Shown one piece after another: positions 31,734 through 42,056 of a DNA stretch of 64,000 nucleotides. The DNA comes from an uncultured Lactobacillus sp. (lineage in GTDB: Bacteria; Bacillota; Bacilli; Lactobacillales; Lactobacillaceae). The position numbers and the translations under genes are program-made. Position 1 is the stretch's first letter; each line of letters begins with the position of its first letter. The notes under the pieces are model-generated. The model did not search any database. It was not told the origin of the DNA and was given only the letters and a program-made list of their open reading frames with translations. The stretch covers positions 8,502-72,501 of the forward strand of contig NZ_CANBCQ010000003.1 of assembly GCF_947367125.1 (NCBI RefSeq). Reading direction: 5' to 3'.

Positions 31734-31943
31734 CATATTTAATAATTGGGTCCTACCAATTATGGATAAGTATTTATCTTAATCATTGCATCCCTTCATT
31801 GCTGCTATATCAGCATTTTGTAGCTTTTGCATCAGTATTTCACTCATTAAATACCGAAAAATACTGATAAATAAATGCAAAACGCTGATAAAATAAATAC
31901 ATAATTATTTATTCATGTTAGATTACTGAATGGAGAGCATGAG

Positions 31944-32708
31944 ATGACCCAAGAAGAAAGATTAACGCAAATCAAACAGTTACTAAAAGAAAAGCACCAG
32001 CTTTCAACTCGGCAGATCGCTAATCACTTTCATGTATCTTTTGATACAGCCCGGCGAGATGTGATTTATCTGACAGAAACCGGTCAAGCAATTCGTGTTC
32101 ATGGCGGTTTGATGGAAATCAATCGCAATAGCATTCCTGACTTTTTAGCTAGAAACCAGGTTCAATCGCCGATCAAAATGAAAATGGCCCGGATGGCAAA
32201 AAGATTTGTTCATCCTGGTCATTGCGATTTTATCGGATCATCAACTACCTTGAAGCGACTTTGTCCGCTGCTTAATGGCATGGATATGCAAATTGTAACT
32301 AACTCAATCGACAACGCATTAAACTTATTAACCACAGAAATTCCATCAGTTAGATTATTGGGTGGCACTATTAATAAACAGCAACGCTTCATCTCCTCTG
32401 AAGCCGCACTTGAAACGCTACGCAAGATTCATTTTAATACCGCATTTATTGGGGCCGGCTGTGTTAGAAAAGATGGGGTTTACACCCCAAGTATGGCAGA
32501 TTCTAAGGTAGTTGAAACTGCTGCTAGTCGTGCTAATCAAGTTGTGTTAGTTGCCGAAAAGTTTAAATTTGCCAACCTATCTTCCTCCCCGTACATGTCT
32601 GTTTCTCTCAATCAGATCGATGTCCTAATTACGGACACCCCATTACCTCAAGAATTAAAGCAATACTTTAATCCTAAAACGCAAATTATATCTGTACTAA
32701 AGGAGTGA
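31944..32708 (+). CDS. DeoR/GlpR-family transcriptional regulator
   Basis: ERLTQI, VSFDTARRD, IRVHGG, VTNSID, LLGG, VAEKFKF. Confidence 0.92.
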   Translation: MTQEERLTQIKQLLKEKHQLSTRQIANHFHVSFDTARRDVIYLTETGQAIRVHGGLMEINRNSIPDFLARNQVQSPIKMKMARMAKRFVHPGHCDFIGSSTTLKRLCPLLNGMDMQIVTNSIDNALNLLTTEIPSVRLLGGTINKQQRFISSEAALETLRKIHFNTAFIGAGCVRKDGVYTPSMADSKVVETAASRANQVVLVAEKFKFANLSSSPYMSVSLNQIDVLITDTPLPQELKQYFNPKTQIISVLKE

Positions 32709-32713
32709 TAGTT

Positions 32714-33073
32714 ATGTTCAGTCTCTTTACCCCAAAGAAGCAAAACGAAAGTCGCGAAGTATATCATGATTTGAAGCAATTCTATAATAGTTTTTTTAGC
32801 GATATCTACAATGAAATGAACATCGGTCGTTACCGGCAAATTCGTGATGTGATTGGACTTGTTCTTAATAAGTTTGACAGTAACGACCATCCTCTTGAAT
32901 ATACTAGTAAATTAGTCATGTACATTCAGGCTAGAATTGCGATGAATCACCTTCACTTAACCCGCGAGCAGCAAGACTTAATGAAAAAACTAAGTGATGC
33001 TACTAAATATGTAAATCTTTCTTATGTTTATTTAAGCCCCATCACTTCAGCAGAACAATTTATTAATGTTTAA
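32714..33073 (+). CDS. Enterocin A-type (class IIa) bacteriocin immunity-family protein, orphan
   Basis: Four-helix pattern YRQIRDVIGLVLNKF...HPLEYTSKLVMYIQ...LTREQQDLMKKL; AGGAG RBS. Confidence 0.7.
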   Translation: MFSLFTPKKQNESREVYHDLKQFYNSFFSDIYNEMNIGRYRQIRDVIGLVLNKFDSNDHPLEYTSKLVMYIQARIAMNHLHLTREQQDLMKKLSDATKYVNLSYVYLSPITSAEQFINV

Positions 33074-33195
33074 GGAAATTTGTATTGCTCTAGATGAAAA
33101 AATTAATCTGAAAAGGCCGAGCAGATGATTTACTCGGCCTTTTTGTGTCATAATTATATAAAAGAAAGATATAGATTTTTACGAGGACATTTTTA

Positions 33196-34023
33196 ATGAA
33201 TAAATTACCCTTCAAAGTTGTTGCCGTTGACATGGACGGCACCTTTATGCGTGATAATCAGACTTTTGATCACAAACGCTTTAATCGCATCTTAACCCAG
33301 CTACACCAAAACGGTGTCCACTTCATCGTTTCCAGTGGTCGACCTTACACTCGTTTGCGCAAAGACTTCGCTGGCTTTCTAGATCGGATTGATATGATTG
33401 CTGACAATGGCTCACTTTTACTCCAAGATGATAAAATTATCAGCACTCATCTGCTTACTCCTCAAATCACACTTAAACTAATTAATTTTATTGAGGAACA
33501 TTATCCTAATAGTTCAGTCATCGTTACGGGAATTAATAATTCTTATACCACCATTGATGCTTCGCCTAATTTTAAGCAAACGATGAATTTTTATTATCCT
33601 GATCGAGTTGAAGTGACCGATCTAGCAAAGGCGATTAACCCACATGATCAAATAACTAAAATCACTTTGAGTTACCAGCATGACTTTTCTGCTGAATTTG
33701 AAGAAAGATTTAACCAAACTCATGCAGAAAAAATTCACTGTACCTCTAGCGGATTTGGGTTACTAGATATTGTCCCATATAGTGTTAACAAGGGGGCCGC
33801 ATTAAAATACTTCTTACGCTACTTCAATATTCAACCAGAAGAACTGCTTGCTTTTGGTGATGGGATGAATGATACTGAAATGTTAAAATTAGCCGGTTAT
33901 AGTTATGCAATGGCTAACGCGGAAGATCAAGTTAAGCAAATTGCTAAGTATGAAGCGCCAAGCAACAATGATGATGGTGTTTTAGAAGTGCTTGATTCAT
34001 ATTTAGCCAAGATAAAGAAATAA
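33196..34023 (+). CDS. Cof-type HAD hydrolase
   Basis: AVDMDGTF, SSGRP, NKGAA, FGDGMNDTEM. Confidence 0.92.
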   Translation: MNKLPFKVVAVDMDGTFMRDNQTFDHKRFNRILTQLHQNGVHFIVSSGRPYTRLRKDFAGFLDRIDMIADNGSLLLQDDKIISTHLLTPQITLKLINFIEEHYPNSSVIVTGINNSYTTIDASPNFKQTMNFYYPDRVEVTDLAKAINPHDQITKITLSYQHDFSAEFEERFNQTHAEKIHCTSSGFGLLDIVPYSVNKGAALKYFLRYFNIQPEELLAFGDGMNDTEMLKLAGYSYAMANAEDQVKQIAKYEAPSNNDDGVLEVLDSYLAKIKK

Positions 34024-34120
34024 TATTATAGATAAAACAAAAGTAAGCGAGTTACCTAAAAACTCGCCTACTTTTTTCTACCCTAAGTCAAGTATTATCA
34101 GTAACTTAAGTAGAAAAGTT

Positions 34121-34846
34121 TTATTTACCTAAATTAACAAAACTATTGAAATTCATATAGTGATAATGCACACGCATGTTCGATAATTCAAACGGTGTCC
34201 CATCATCTAAAAAGAAAATTCCTTCCATCACACCTACTGGTCCGTTAGGTTTAAGATGCATTTCTTCCTGATCCTCTTCATTTGATGGCTCAACCGTAAT
34301 GTTTAAAAATGCCTTGGTTACTGTTTTACTTTGCTCATCCTCTAAATAATTAAAGAGTGATTTTTGCAAAGTTTCTGGCTTAAGTTCCGGCATAATCTTG
34401 ATTGGCAAATAGCCCGTTTCAATCAAAAATGGCTGTTCATCAAGTAGCCGCAAACGCTTGAACTCATACACAAAATCATTTTCACTTAAAAATAAGTCTT
34501 CCGCAATTTCCTTAGTAGCTTTAATCACATGAAAATCAAGCAACTTAATTCTTTGTGTTTTGCCAGGCACCTTAAAGGAATCAGTAATCCCTAAATTAGA
34601 CCCATCATAGCGAAACATTGCTTGATTACGCAAATACAACGGATTAATGAAAGTACCGCTGCCTCTTTTTTTAAAAACTATTCCTTGTTGCGCCAACAAC
34701 TCTAAGGCCCGCTTCATCGAGGAACGACTTACTTGATAATGCTCTGCCAGACTGCGTTCATCAGGCAGTCGCATCCCCTCATATTGATTATTCAAAATAT
34801 TCTGCTTAATGTCATGCATGACTGTCCGATAAACATAATCTGCCAT
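34121..34846 (-). CDS. GntR-family regulator with UTRA domain
   Basis: LPDERSLAEHYQVSRSSMKRAL, KRGSGTF. Confidence 0.92.
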   Translation of the reverse strand: MADYVYRTVMHDIKQNILNNQYEGMRLPDERSLAEHYQVSRSSMKRALELLAQQGIVFKKRGSGTFINPLYLRNQAMFRYDGSNLGITDSFKVPGKTQRIKLLDFHVIKATKEIAEDLFLSENDFVYEFKRLRLLDEQPFLIETGYLPIKIMPELKPETLQKSLFNYLEDEQSKTVTKAFLNITVEPSNEEDQEEMHLKPNGPVGVMEGIFFLDDGTPFELSNMRVHYHYMNFNSFVNLGK

Positions 34847-35772
34847 TATTCTCGCCCTTGTTCTGCCCTTTTAATACTATCAATAAACCAAGCCGCAAAC
34901 TTGTCCAAATCAACGTCAGTGGCAATTTCCGCATTTGCATCTGCTTGATTCATAAAATCAATTACACTAGCACCATAAGTAAATTGACCGCGCAATTCAA
35001 TTTCGACATTAGCTTTTTTCATCGTAAACATCTCTGGATGAAGCAAAATGCCGACTGCCGTTGGATCATAAATCTTGATCCGTGGATCGCCATCTGGTTC
35101 ACGAATATTTGAAAATAGCGAATATAGCATATTACCAACTGCGCCACATTCTTTAACTCTTTTCATTTGATCAGGCAATAAATGTGCCTTATTACCTATT
35201 TCAAGTGGAGCTACTTTAATTGGCAAACCGCTATGAAAGACAACTTGGGCAGCTTCCGGATCACCCGCAATATTATATTCTGCAAGCGGACTATGGTTAC
35301 CGCGACCAATATTGCCACCCATTATCACAATTTGTTCAATATTTTGCTTTACTTCTGGATATTGCTTAAACAGTAAAGCAAAATCTGTCAGTGGCCCAAT
35401 GCCCATTAAAGTTACTTTGGCTGGACTATTTTTTATTTCTTCAGCCATCACCGTTGCAGCTAAACCAGGCTTGATCAAACTACGATCTGCCTTTTCAAAA
35501 TCAAAACCGGCGATTCCCGTCTTGCCGTGAACTGAAGCAGCAGAGATCATTGGTGCAACTAAAGGCTGGTTTGCCCCTACTACTACTGGAACTTTAGTAT
35601 GTAAAAACTTTTCCAAATTCAAAGTGTTTTGCAAAGTATATTCAAGTGCTACATTACCCCAAGTTGGTACAATCATTCGTACATCTAATTCTTGAGCAAA
35701 TAGACTGATTGTCATTGCTGCAATATCATCAATACCAGGATCAGTACTAATAATTAAAGGTTTCTTGTTCAT
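34846..35772 (-). CDS. rihC: Non-specific ribonucleoside hydrolase
   Basis: STDPGIDD, GNV, VHGKTGI, IGPLT, AEYNIAGDPEAA, YDP. Confidence 0.85.
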   Translation of the reverse strand: MNKKPLIISTDPGIDDIAAMTISLFAQELDVRMIVPTWGNVALEYTLQNTLNLEKFLHTKVPVVVGANQPLVAPMISAASVHGKTGIAGFDFEKADRSLIKPGLAATVMAEEIKNSPAKVTLMGIGPLTDFALLFKQYPEVKQNIEQIVIMGGNIGRGNHSPLAEYNIAGDPEAAQVVFHSGLPIKVAPLEIGNKAHLLPDQMKRVKECGAVGNMLYSLFSNIREPDGDPRIKIYDPTAVGILLHPEMFTMKKANVEIELRGQFTYGASVIDFMNQADANAEIATDVDLDKFAAWFIDSIKRAEQGRE

Positions 35773-35888
35773 AAATCTACCTCATTCTAAGCGTGTTAAT
35801 TACCTTAATGATACAAAAACCGAACCAATAATTAAAGTGGTTCGGTTTATTACAGAAAAATACAATAATTTTTAAATGCTACTAATCT

Positions 35889-37898
35889 CTATTCTTCGTC
35901 CTTAGGTTTAATTCGTTTAATATGATCATATTTCCGATCGCCTAATACTAACGGAACACGCTCTACTACCGTGTCAGCATACTCTAAACCAAACCAAGAG
36001 GCTGGATTAGAAGATAAATTCTGTAGCCATACTCGTGCTTCTACCATAAATTTCTCATAGGTAGTTAGCTTAGTTAACGGACTAATTACGTCATTTACGA
36101 TAACAAAAGAAAAATCACCTACGTCTCTACCTGGAGTAGTCGTAAATCTTTGCGGCTGTGCTTCGATTGTACCATCCGCAATTAAATCATGCACAATTTG
36201 TCTCAAATAAATATTGACGCTAGTTTGCTTCCTAAAGCCTAGATACAATTGAACATTAATTACATTTTTAGTTCCATAAGTATTAACTGCATATTCTGCA
36301 GTATATGGTTCATTAGTTACGTTAACTGTCACAAACCAATAGGCTTTAGCTCGCTTAGGTCTTTTATCCAAAATCGAATAAAGCATTTCACGCTTAATGA
36401 ATTTATTATATTTTACTTTAGCCATATATACTAAATTCGTTGCATAAACCGGATAATCTTCGCAATGACTTAATTCCGTCAACATATTGGTATATTCGTC
36501 TAAACGTACATAGGCATTCTTTTCTTCTCGCTTATCACGAATTTTATTACCATAGAACCAAATATACATAATTGCTAGAATAAAGCCAGCAATCAAGACA
36601 GTAACATAACCACCATGTAAGAACTTAGTCAAACTAGAGAATAAGAACATCCCTTCAATAAAGGCAAATATTACTAAGAAAAGCCAACGTAGCAGTAACG
36701 AAGTTCTCTTTTTGCCTAAATATTCGAACAATAAAATCGTAGTCATCAGCATAGTTACCGTGATCGCTAATCCATATGCAGCTTCCATATGATGAGAGGT
36801 TCTAAATAAGAAGACGATCACTACTGTGATGATACAAATCATTTTATTAATGGAAGGAATATAGATTTGTCCTTTTTCATTAGAAGGATAAATAATATTC
36901 ATTCTTGGTAAAAACTTTAAACTACTTGCCTCAGCAACTAAAGTAAAAGAACCTGTAATTAACGCTTGTGAAGCAATAATAGCTGCAATAGTAGCTAAAG
37001 CAATTGCAAATAAACGCCAGCTGCTAGGTACTGCTTCAAAAAATGGATTGAAATCACCATTACCCGCATGATAATTAGCATTGTGTAAAATCCAGACGCC
37101 TTGCCCTAAGTAGTTTAAAATTAAGCAAACAAACACATAAGGCCAAGAGCCCATAATATTACTTTTCCCGACATGTCCGACATCTGAATAAAGAGCTTCA
37201 GCACCAGTAGTTGCCAAGAAAATTGAACCTAAAATCAAAATGCCAACTTTATTAGCAGGACTAAATAAAATACGCAAAGCATGAATTGGATTGATTGCAT
37301 CAAGCAGACTCCAATCATGGCTTAAGTTTATAAGTCCAATAAGCCCTAAAAAAGTAAACCAAATGAGCATGATTGGACCAAATGCTTTACCAATCACACT
37401 CGTTCCCATTCTTTGAATTGAAAATAGTAAAACCAGGATAACAATAGTAATCAAGATAACCATATCTTGCGACGAAACTGGAATTACATCACCAAAGCGC
37501 ATATTTTTCAATCCTTCAATTGAAGTTGTAACAGTCACAGCTGGAGTCAATGTCCCATCAGCTAGCAACGCTGCTCCACCAATTAAAGCTGGGATAACTA
37601 GCCATTTGGCTCTCTTTCTAACCAATGCATAAAGAGAGAAGATCCCTCCTTCACCATGATTAGTCGCCTTCAAGGCAATTATCACATATTTGACCGTTGT
37701 CAATAATGTAACAGTCCAAAAAATCAACGAAATGGAGCCAACAATTAGTTCACGGTTAACATTACTAATCCCCCCATTTTCAGTCACAATCGACTTCATA
37801 ACATACAAAGGACTAGTTCCAATATCACCATAGACAATGCCGATGGCAATTAATAGACCAGCAAAAGTCATCTTTTGCTTACCCGATATTTTATTCAT
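35889..37898 (-). CDS. kup: KUP/HAK/KT potassium transporter
   Basis: GIVYGDIGTSPLY, GEGGIFSLY, TGAEALYSDVGH, IIASQA, AAYG. Confidence 0.96.
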   Translation of the reverse strand: MNKISGKQKMTFAGLLIAIGIVYGDIGTSPLYVMKSIVTENGGISNVNRELIVGSISLIFWTVTLLTTVKYVIIALKATNHGEGGIFSLYALVRKRAKWLVIPALIGGAALLADGTLTPAVTVTTSIEGLKNMRFGDVIPVSSQDMVILITIVILVLLFSIQRMGTSVIGKAFGPIMLIWFTFLGLIGLINLSHDWSLLDAINPIHALRILFSPANKVGILILGSIFLATTGAEALYSDVGHVGKSNIMGSWPYVFVCLILNYLGQGVWILHNANYHAGNGDFNPFFEAVPSSWRLFAIALATIAAIIASQALITGSFTLVAEASSLKFLPRMNIIYPSNEKGQIYIPSINKMICIITVVIVFLFRTSHHMEAAYGLAITVTMLMTTILLFEYLGKKRTSLLLRWLFLVIFAFIEGMFLFSSLTKFLHGGYVTVLIAGFILAIMYIWFYGNKIRDKREEKNAYVRLDEYTNMLTELSHCEDYPVYATNLVYMAKVKYNKFIKREMLYSILDKRPKRAKAYWFVTVNVTNEPYTAEYAVNTYGTKNVINVQLYLGFRKQTSVNIYLRQIVHDLIADGTIEAQPQRFTTTPGRDVGDFSFVIVNDVISPLTKLTTYEKFMVEARVWLQNLSSNPASWFGLEYADTVVERVPLVLGDRKYDHIKRIKPKDEE

Positions 37899-38025
37899 AA
37901 GTTTTTATCCTCTATCTCACTTAAAAATTTAAATTTTAACTAGTATAGATAAAGACTAGATTTTTTGCAATAAAAATATATTTTTTTGTGCAAATAAAAA
38001 AGGAGATCATCTCCTTTTTTGTCAC

Positions 38026-38718
38026 TTAGTTTACTTTTTCTTCAATTGTTCCATCGCTATGGGCGATAATTACCTCATCACACATATCTAAGAACAACCC
38101 ATGTTCAACCACGCCAACCGTATGATCAAGATAGTCAGCTAAACCATGTGGAGCTGGCACTGGATCAGCAGCTAGATCAATAATGTAATTGCCGTAATGT
38201 GTCACATAACGTTGATCGCCATTCATGCGCCATTGTGGCTTCAACCCTTCTTGTTCAAAACGCTTAAAGTTTTGTTCACATGAAATTGGCAAAACTTCAA
38301 CTGGCAAAGGGAAGCCACTTAAGCGATGTACAAGTTTGGATTCATCAACAATCCAGATAATCTTTTTAGAATTGATCGCAACATTTTTCTCTAAAGTTAA
38401 GGCGCCGCCACCACCTTTGATTCCGTCTAAATTATCGGCAACACGATCGGCACCATCAACGGTTAAATCAGCTTGATCAATCTCAGCTAATTCACTTACT
38501 TTAAAGCCTAAGCTTTCAAGTTGCTTCTTGCTCCGGTTACTAGTAGTGACGATTGCTTTTAACTGCAATCCTTCTTCATTCTTACGTTTACCTAGAGCAG
38601 CAATAAAGAAAGCAACGGTTGATCCAGTCCCTACACCTAAAACCATGCCAGACTTAACCATCGCAGCGGCTTTTTCAGCGGCTTCTTTTTTTAAATGGTC
38701 TTGTTCTTTTTTATCCAT
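38026..38718 (-). CDS. rpiA: Ribose-5-phosphate isomerase A
   Basis: GVGTGSTV, DGAD, IKGGGGALTLEK, GVVEHGLF. Confidence 0.96.
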   Translation of the reverse strand: MDKKEQDHLKKEAAEKAAAMVKSGMVLGVGTGSTVAFFIAALGKRKNEEGLQLKAIVTTSNRSKKQLESLGFKVSELAEIDQADLTVDGADRVADNLDGIKGGGGALTLEKNVAINSKKIIWIVDESKLVHRLSGFPLPVEVLPISCEQNFKRFEQEGLKPQWRMNGDQRYVTHYGNYIIDLAADPVPAPHGLADYLDHTVGVVEHGLFLDMCDEVIIAHSDGTIEEKVN

Positions 38719-38720
38719 AG

Positions 38721-39641
38721 TTATTCCTCCATTGCTTGTTTAACTTCCTGTTCAGTCGGAATTGAAGGTTGAGCTCCTAAGCGTTGCACGGCAATTGATG
38801 ATGCACGGCTAGCAATTTGAGCAGCTTCTTTAAAGTTAGACAAATCATCATTTAAATTACTTGCTAAATAACCAATAAAAGTATCACCAGCACCAGTAGT
38901 ATCAGCTGCTTCTACTTTATAAGCTGGAACTAGTTCTTCAACATCGGGAGTTGAAATATATGCACCCTTATCACCATATGTAATGACCACATTCTTAATA
39001 CCAAGCAAGTGCAACTTTTCTGCATTCGTAGCCAAACTTGATTTATCTTTAATCGGGATGCCGGTAAGCTTTGCACTTTCAGTTTCATTTGGCGTAATAA
39101 TATCAGTATATTGCAAAAGTTCCTTGGGAATTTTGTCAATTGCAGGAGCAGGATTTAAGATCGTAACCTTCTTAGCCTTTTTAGCAATCTTAAAGGCTTC
39201 TAGGGTCACTTCGAGCGGCGTTTCAAATTGTGCAATAACGCAATCCCAACTTTGAATCAAATCACTTGCAGCCCGAATGTCCTCAATTGTTAATTCATAA
39301 TTAGCACCATGGTCAATAATGATGTCATTTTGCCCAGCTTCATTCAAAGTAATATAAGCATGACCAGTCTTAGCTCCCATCGTGGTTTGAACATAGGTTG
39401 TATCTACACCATAGCTCTTTAATTGGTGGGTAATGAAATTACCTTCACTATCTTCACCAACCCGATTAATAAAGTAAGTTTCTGCCCCACTTTTAGCTGC
39501 AGCAATTGCCTGATTGGCGCCCTTGCCACCACCAGAAGTAGTGATTTCAAGTGCATTAATTGTTTCACCAGGTTGGGGAAAATCTTTGACATGTAATGTC
39601 GTATCAACATTACTTGAACCAATAACTACAATTTTCTTCAT
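38721..39641 (-). CDS. rbsK: Ribokinase
   Basis: GSSNVD, GGKGANQA, TPNETE, DTTGAGDTF. Confidence 0.95.
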   Translation of the reverse strand: MKKIVVIGSSNVDTTLHVKDFPQPGETINALEITTSGGGKGANQAIAAAKSGAETYFINRVGEDSEGNFITHQLKSYGVDTTYVQTTMGAKTGHAYITLNEAGQNDIIIDHGANYELTIEDIRAASDLIQSWDCVIAQFETPLEVTLEAFKIAKKAKKVTILNPAPAIDKIPKELLQYTDIITPNETESAKLTGIPIKDKSSLATNAEKLHLLGIKNVVITYGDKGAYISTPDVEELVPAYKVEAADTTGAGDTFIGYLASNLNDDLSNFKEAAQIASRASSIAVQRLGAQPSIPTEQEVKQAMEE

Positions 39642-39730
39642 TTTTGCATCCCTCTTCTAAAACCGAAATTATTCACTATAATTATATCAAAAAAACGTAT
39701 TCAAAATATTGAACACGCTTTTTTGAAACT

Positions 39731-40534
39731 CTAATGTAAAATACCGCCGTTAACGAAACCTTTCAATCGCTCTGCTTCCCATTTCAAAGTATCAGCATCA
39801 TCAACCTGTGAAATTTTATAGCCAACAAAATATGGCGAAGCATAGAAACGAGGAATAATTTTGCAGCAGGTCCCCTGCCCCTTATTAATCGGGTAAAAGA
39901 ATAAGTTGTAAGAATCCACCCCGTGTGACAAAACTGAGCGGACATATTGGGTTCCTTTTTGAATCAAATCAGCCCAAGTATCGAGATTAGTATTGTCATG
40001 CGTTAAGATATTAACTTCTTGATAACCTTGAACGGGACGAGCCGACAAGTTCATTTCTACTGAACCAGAACGACCAACTTCAAAACCCTTAAAATTATCA
40101 GCCCCAATATCCTGATAGCCATCTTTATGATAGAGACCAACAATCTGCATATGCGGGTGAGTCAAAGAACCATCGGATTTCGGACCAAAGTTTTTGTACC
40201 AAAGCACACTCTTATAACGACCTGACTTATTCATCTTTTGAAAGCATTTAAGTCCGAACTTCATTAATTTTTGGTTATCTTCGCGCGTATAAGTCGAAAT
40301 ATCACCTTGGTGGTCACTTGATTCAATTAAAATCGTCTGATCAGTATCCTGCAAAGTCGGATACTTGTTTTTCAGCCAAATCTTATCGCCATCCTTTTCA
40401 TAAATATTAACTAAATGTTGCACATCGCAGAAGGGACAACCAGCACCTTGGTTCCCTTGGCGATTACCATAATCATAGTCGTATGGCTTACGCTTACCGA
40501 TTGAATATTCATATACCAAAGGATTTCTATCCAT
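39731..40534 (-). CDS. DUF4931-like (GalT/HIT-fold) protein
   Basis: CPFC, NKYP, KNFGPKSDGSLTHPHMQIVG. Confidence 0.75.
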   Translation of the reverse strand: MDRNPLVYEYSIGKRKPYDYDYGNRQGNQGAGCPFCDVQHLVNIYEKDGDKIWLKNKYPTLQDTDQTILIESSDHQGDISTYTREDNQKLMKFGLKCFQKMNKSGRYKSVLWYKNFGPKSDGSLTHPHMQIVGLYHKDGYQDIGADNFKGFEVGRSGSVEMNLSARPVQGYQEVNILTHDNTNLDTWADLIQKGTQYVRSVLSHGVDSYNLFFYPINKGQGTCCKIIPRFYASPYFVGYKISQVDDADTLKWEAERLKGFVNGGILH

Positions 40535-40673
40535 ATTTTTTCTCCCGTTAACTCAAAATATCATACAGTTACTCACATTTTAACAATTTTGCTAGTTAAT
40601 TGTGAACATTTTTGTTCATAAAACTATCAATAGTACGTCTATCTATGATAAACTACCTTTGTAAATAAAATGC

Positions 40674-42002
40674 ATGATATACATAAGAGGGAGAATCATG
40701 AAATTCTACAAAAAATTAGCACTTACTGGTGCTGCAGCCCTTGCTTTAATCGGCTTGAGCGCATGTTCAAATAATAATTCTAGTTCATCTTCTTCATCTA
40801 AGAAGATTCCAACTAAGATTAACAAGAAAACCACTGTTACCTTCTGGTACTCACTAACTGGTAACGCCCAAAGCAGCTTACAAAAGTTGACTAAAGATTT
40901 TGAGAAAAAGAATCCTAACATTATCATTAAATTGCAAAGCCAAGGTGGTAACTATTCTGATTTACAATCTAAGCTTGTTTCAGGACTTCAATCACCAAAA
41001 GACTTGCCAACAATTACCCAAGCTTATCCAGGCTGGCTTTATAATGCTGCTAAGAATAATATGCTGGTTAACTTAACCCCATATGTTAAGAATTCTGAAA
41101 TTGGCTGGGGTTCATATGCTAAGAGTGGCATTAAGCAGGCCCTTTGGGATGGTGCCAACATTAACGGCAAGCAGTATGGTGTCCCATTTAACAAATCAGT
41201 TGAAGTTCTTTTCTACAATAAAACTTTGCTTGATAAATATGGCGTTAAGGTTCCAACTAATATGAGTGAGCTTGCTTCAGTATCTGCTAAGATCTACCGT
41301 GAAAGTCACCACAAGGTACGCGGTGTCAGCTTTGATGCACTTAACAACTACTACATGATGCAAATGAAGGAAACTTACGGTAAAGACTTCAACAAGAACT
41401 TGAACTTTGCTGCTAAGGATTCAGTCAAGGCTATTAACTACTATGCAGACGGTGTTAAGGCTGGCTACTTCATGCAAGCTGGTACTGAAAAATACATGTC
41501 TACCCCATTCAACAATGGCCGCGTAGCTATGTTCATCGGTTCAACTGCCAATGAAGCTTACCTTAAGCAAGGACTTAAGAAGGGCTACACTTACGGCGTA
41601 GCTGCTCGTCCAAGTACAATGAATGTCCAACAAGGTACTGATATCTACATGTTCAAAAAAGCAACCGCAATGCAAAAATCAGCTGCCTTTAAGTACCTTA
41701 AGTTCTTAACTTCTAAGTCATCACAACTTTACTGGGCTAAGCAAACTGGTTATATGCCAGTTAACACAGCAGCTATCAATGATACGACTTATCAAGCTGC
41801 TAAGAACAGCAAGATCCCAGCAATTATTGCTAAGACTTCTAAGAATCTCTACTTCTTGCCAGTAACCAAGAATGCTACTGCCGCTTATGACCAAGTTAAT
41901 GCAAATATGCAAACTATTTTGGCTAAGGCATCTAAGAAGCAATCATGGACTAGTGATATCAAGACTGGTAAAAATAAGCTTGATGCTGCTTGGAAGCAAT
42001 AA
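40674..42002 (+). CDS. Family-1 extracellular solute-binding lipoprotein (UgpB-like), no adjacent permease
   Basis: Lipobox LSAC, Ser linker, LPTITQAYP, GVPFNKS, TGYMP. Confidence 0.88.
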   Translation: MIYIRGRIMKFYKKLALTGAAALALIGLSACSNNNSSSSSSSKKIPTKINKKTTVTFWYSLTGNAQSSLQKLTKDFEKKNPNIIIKLQSQGGNYSDLQSKLVSGLQSPKDLPTITQAYPGWLYNAAKNNMLVNLTPYVKNSEIGWGSYAKSGIKQALWDGANINGKQYGVPFNKSVEVLFYNKTLLDKYGVKVPTNMSELASVSAKIYRESHHKVRGVSFDALNNYYMMQMKETYGKDFNKNLNFAAKDSVKAINYYADGVKAGYFMQAGTEKYMSTPFNNGRVAMFIGSTANEAYLKQGLKKGYTYGVAARPSTMNVQQGTDIYMFKKATAMQKSAAFKYLKFLTSKSSQLYWAKQTGYMPVNTAAINDTTYQAAKNSKIPAIIAKTSKNLYFLPVTKNATAAYDQVNANMQTILAKASKKQSWTSDIKTGKNKLDAAWKQ

Positions 42003-42020
42003 TTTAAAATTTTATGCCAA

Positions 42021-42055
42021 CCAAAAAGAAGTTCGATTGCGAACTTCTTTTTTGG
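42021..42055. terminator. Bidirectional terminator
   Basis: CCAAAAAGAAGTTCG-ATTG-CGAACTTCTTTTTTGG between convergent genes. Confidence 0.75.
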
Positions 42056-42056
42056 T

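Noticed and set aside
37899-38025. Possible c-di-AMP (ydaO) riboswitch upstream of kup
   Set aside because: The intergenic region is short and AT-rich and lacks the ydaO conserved motifs
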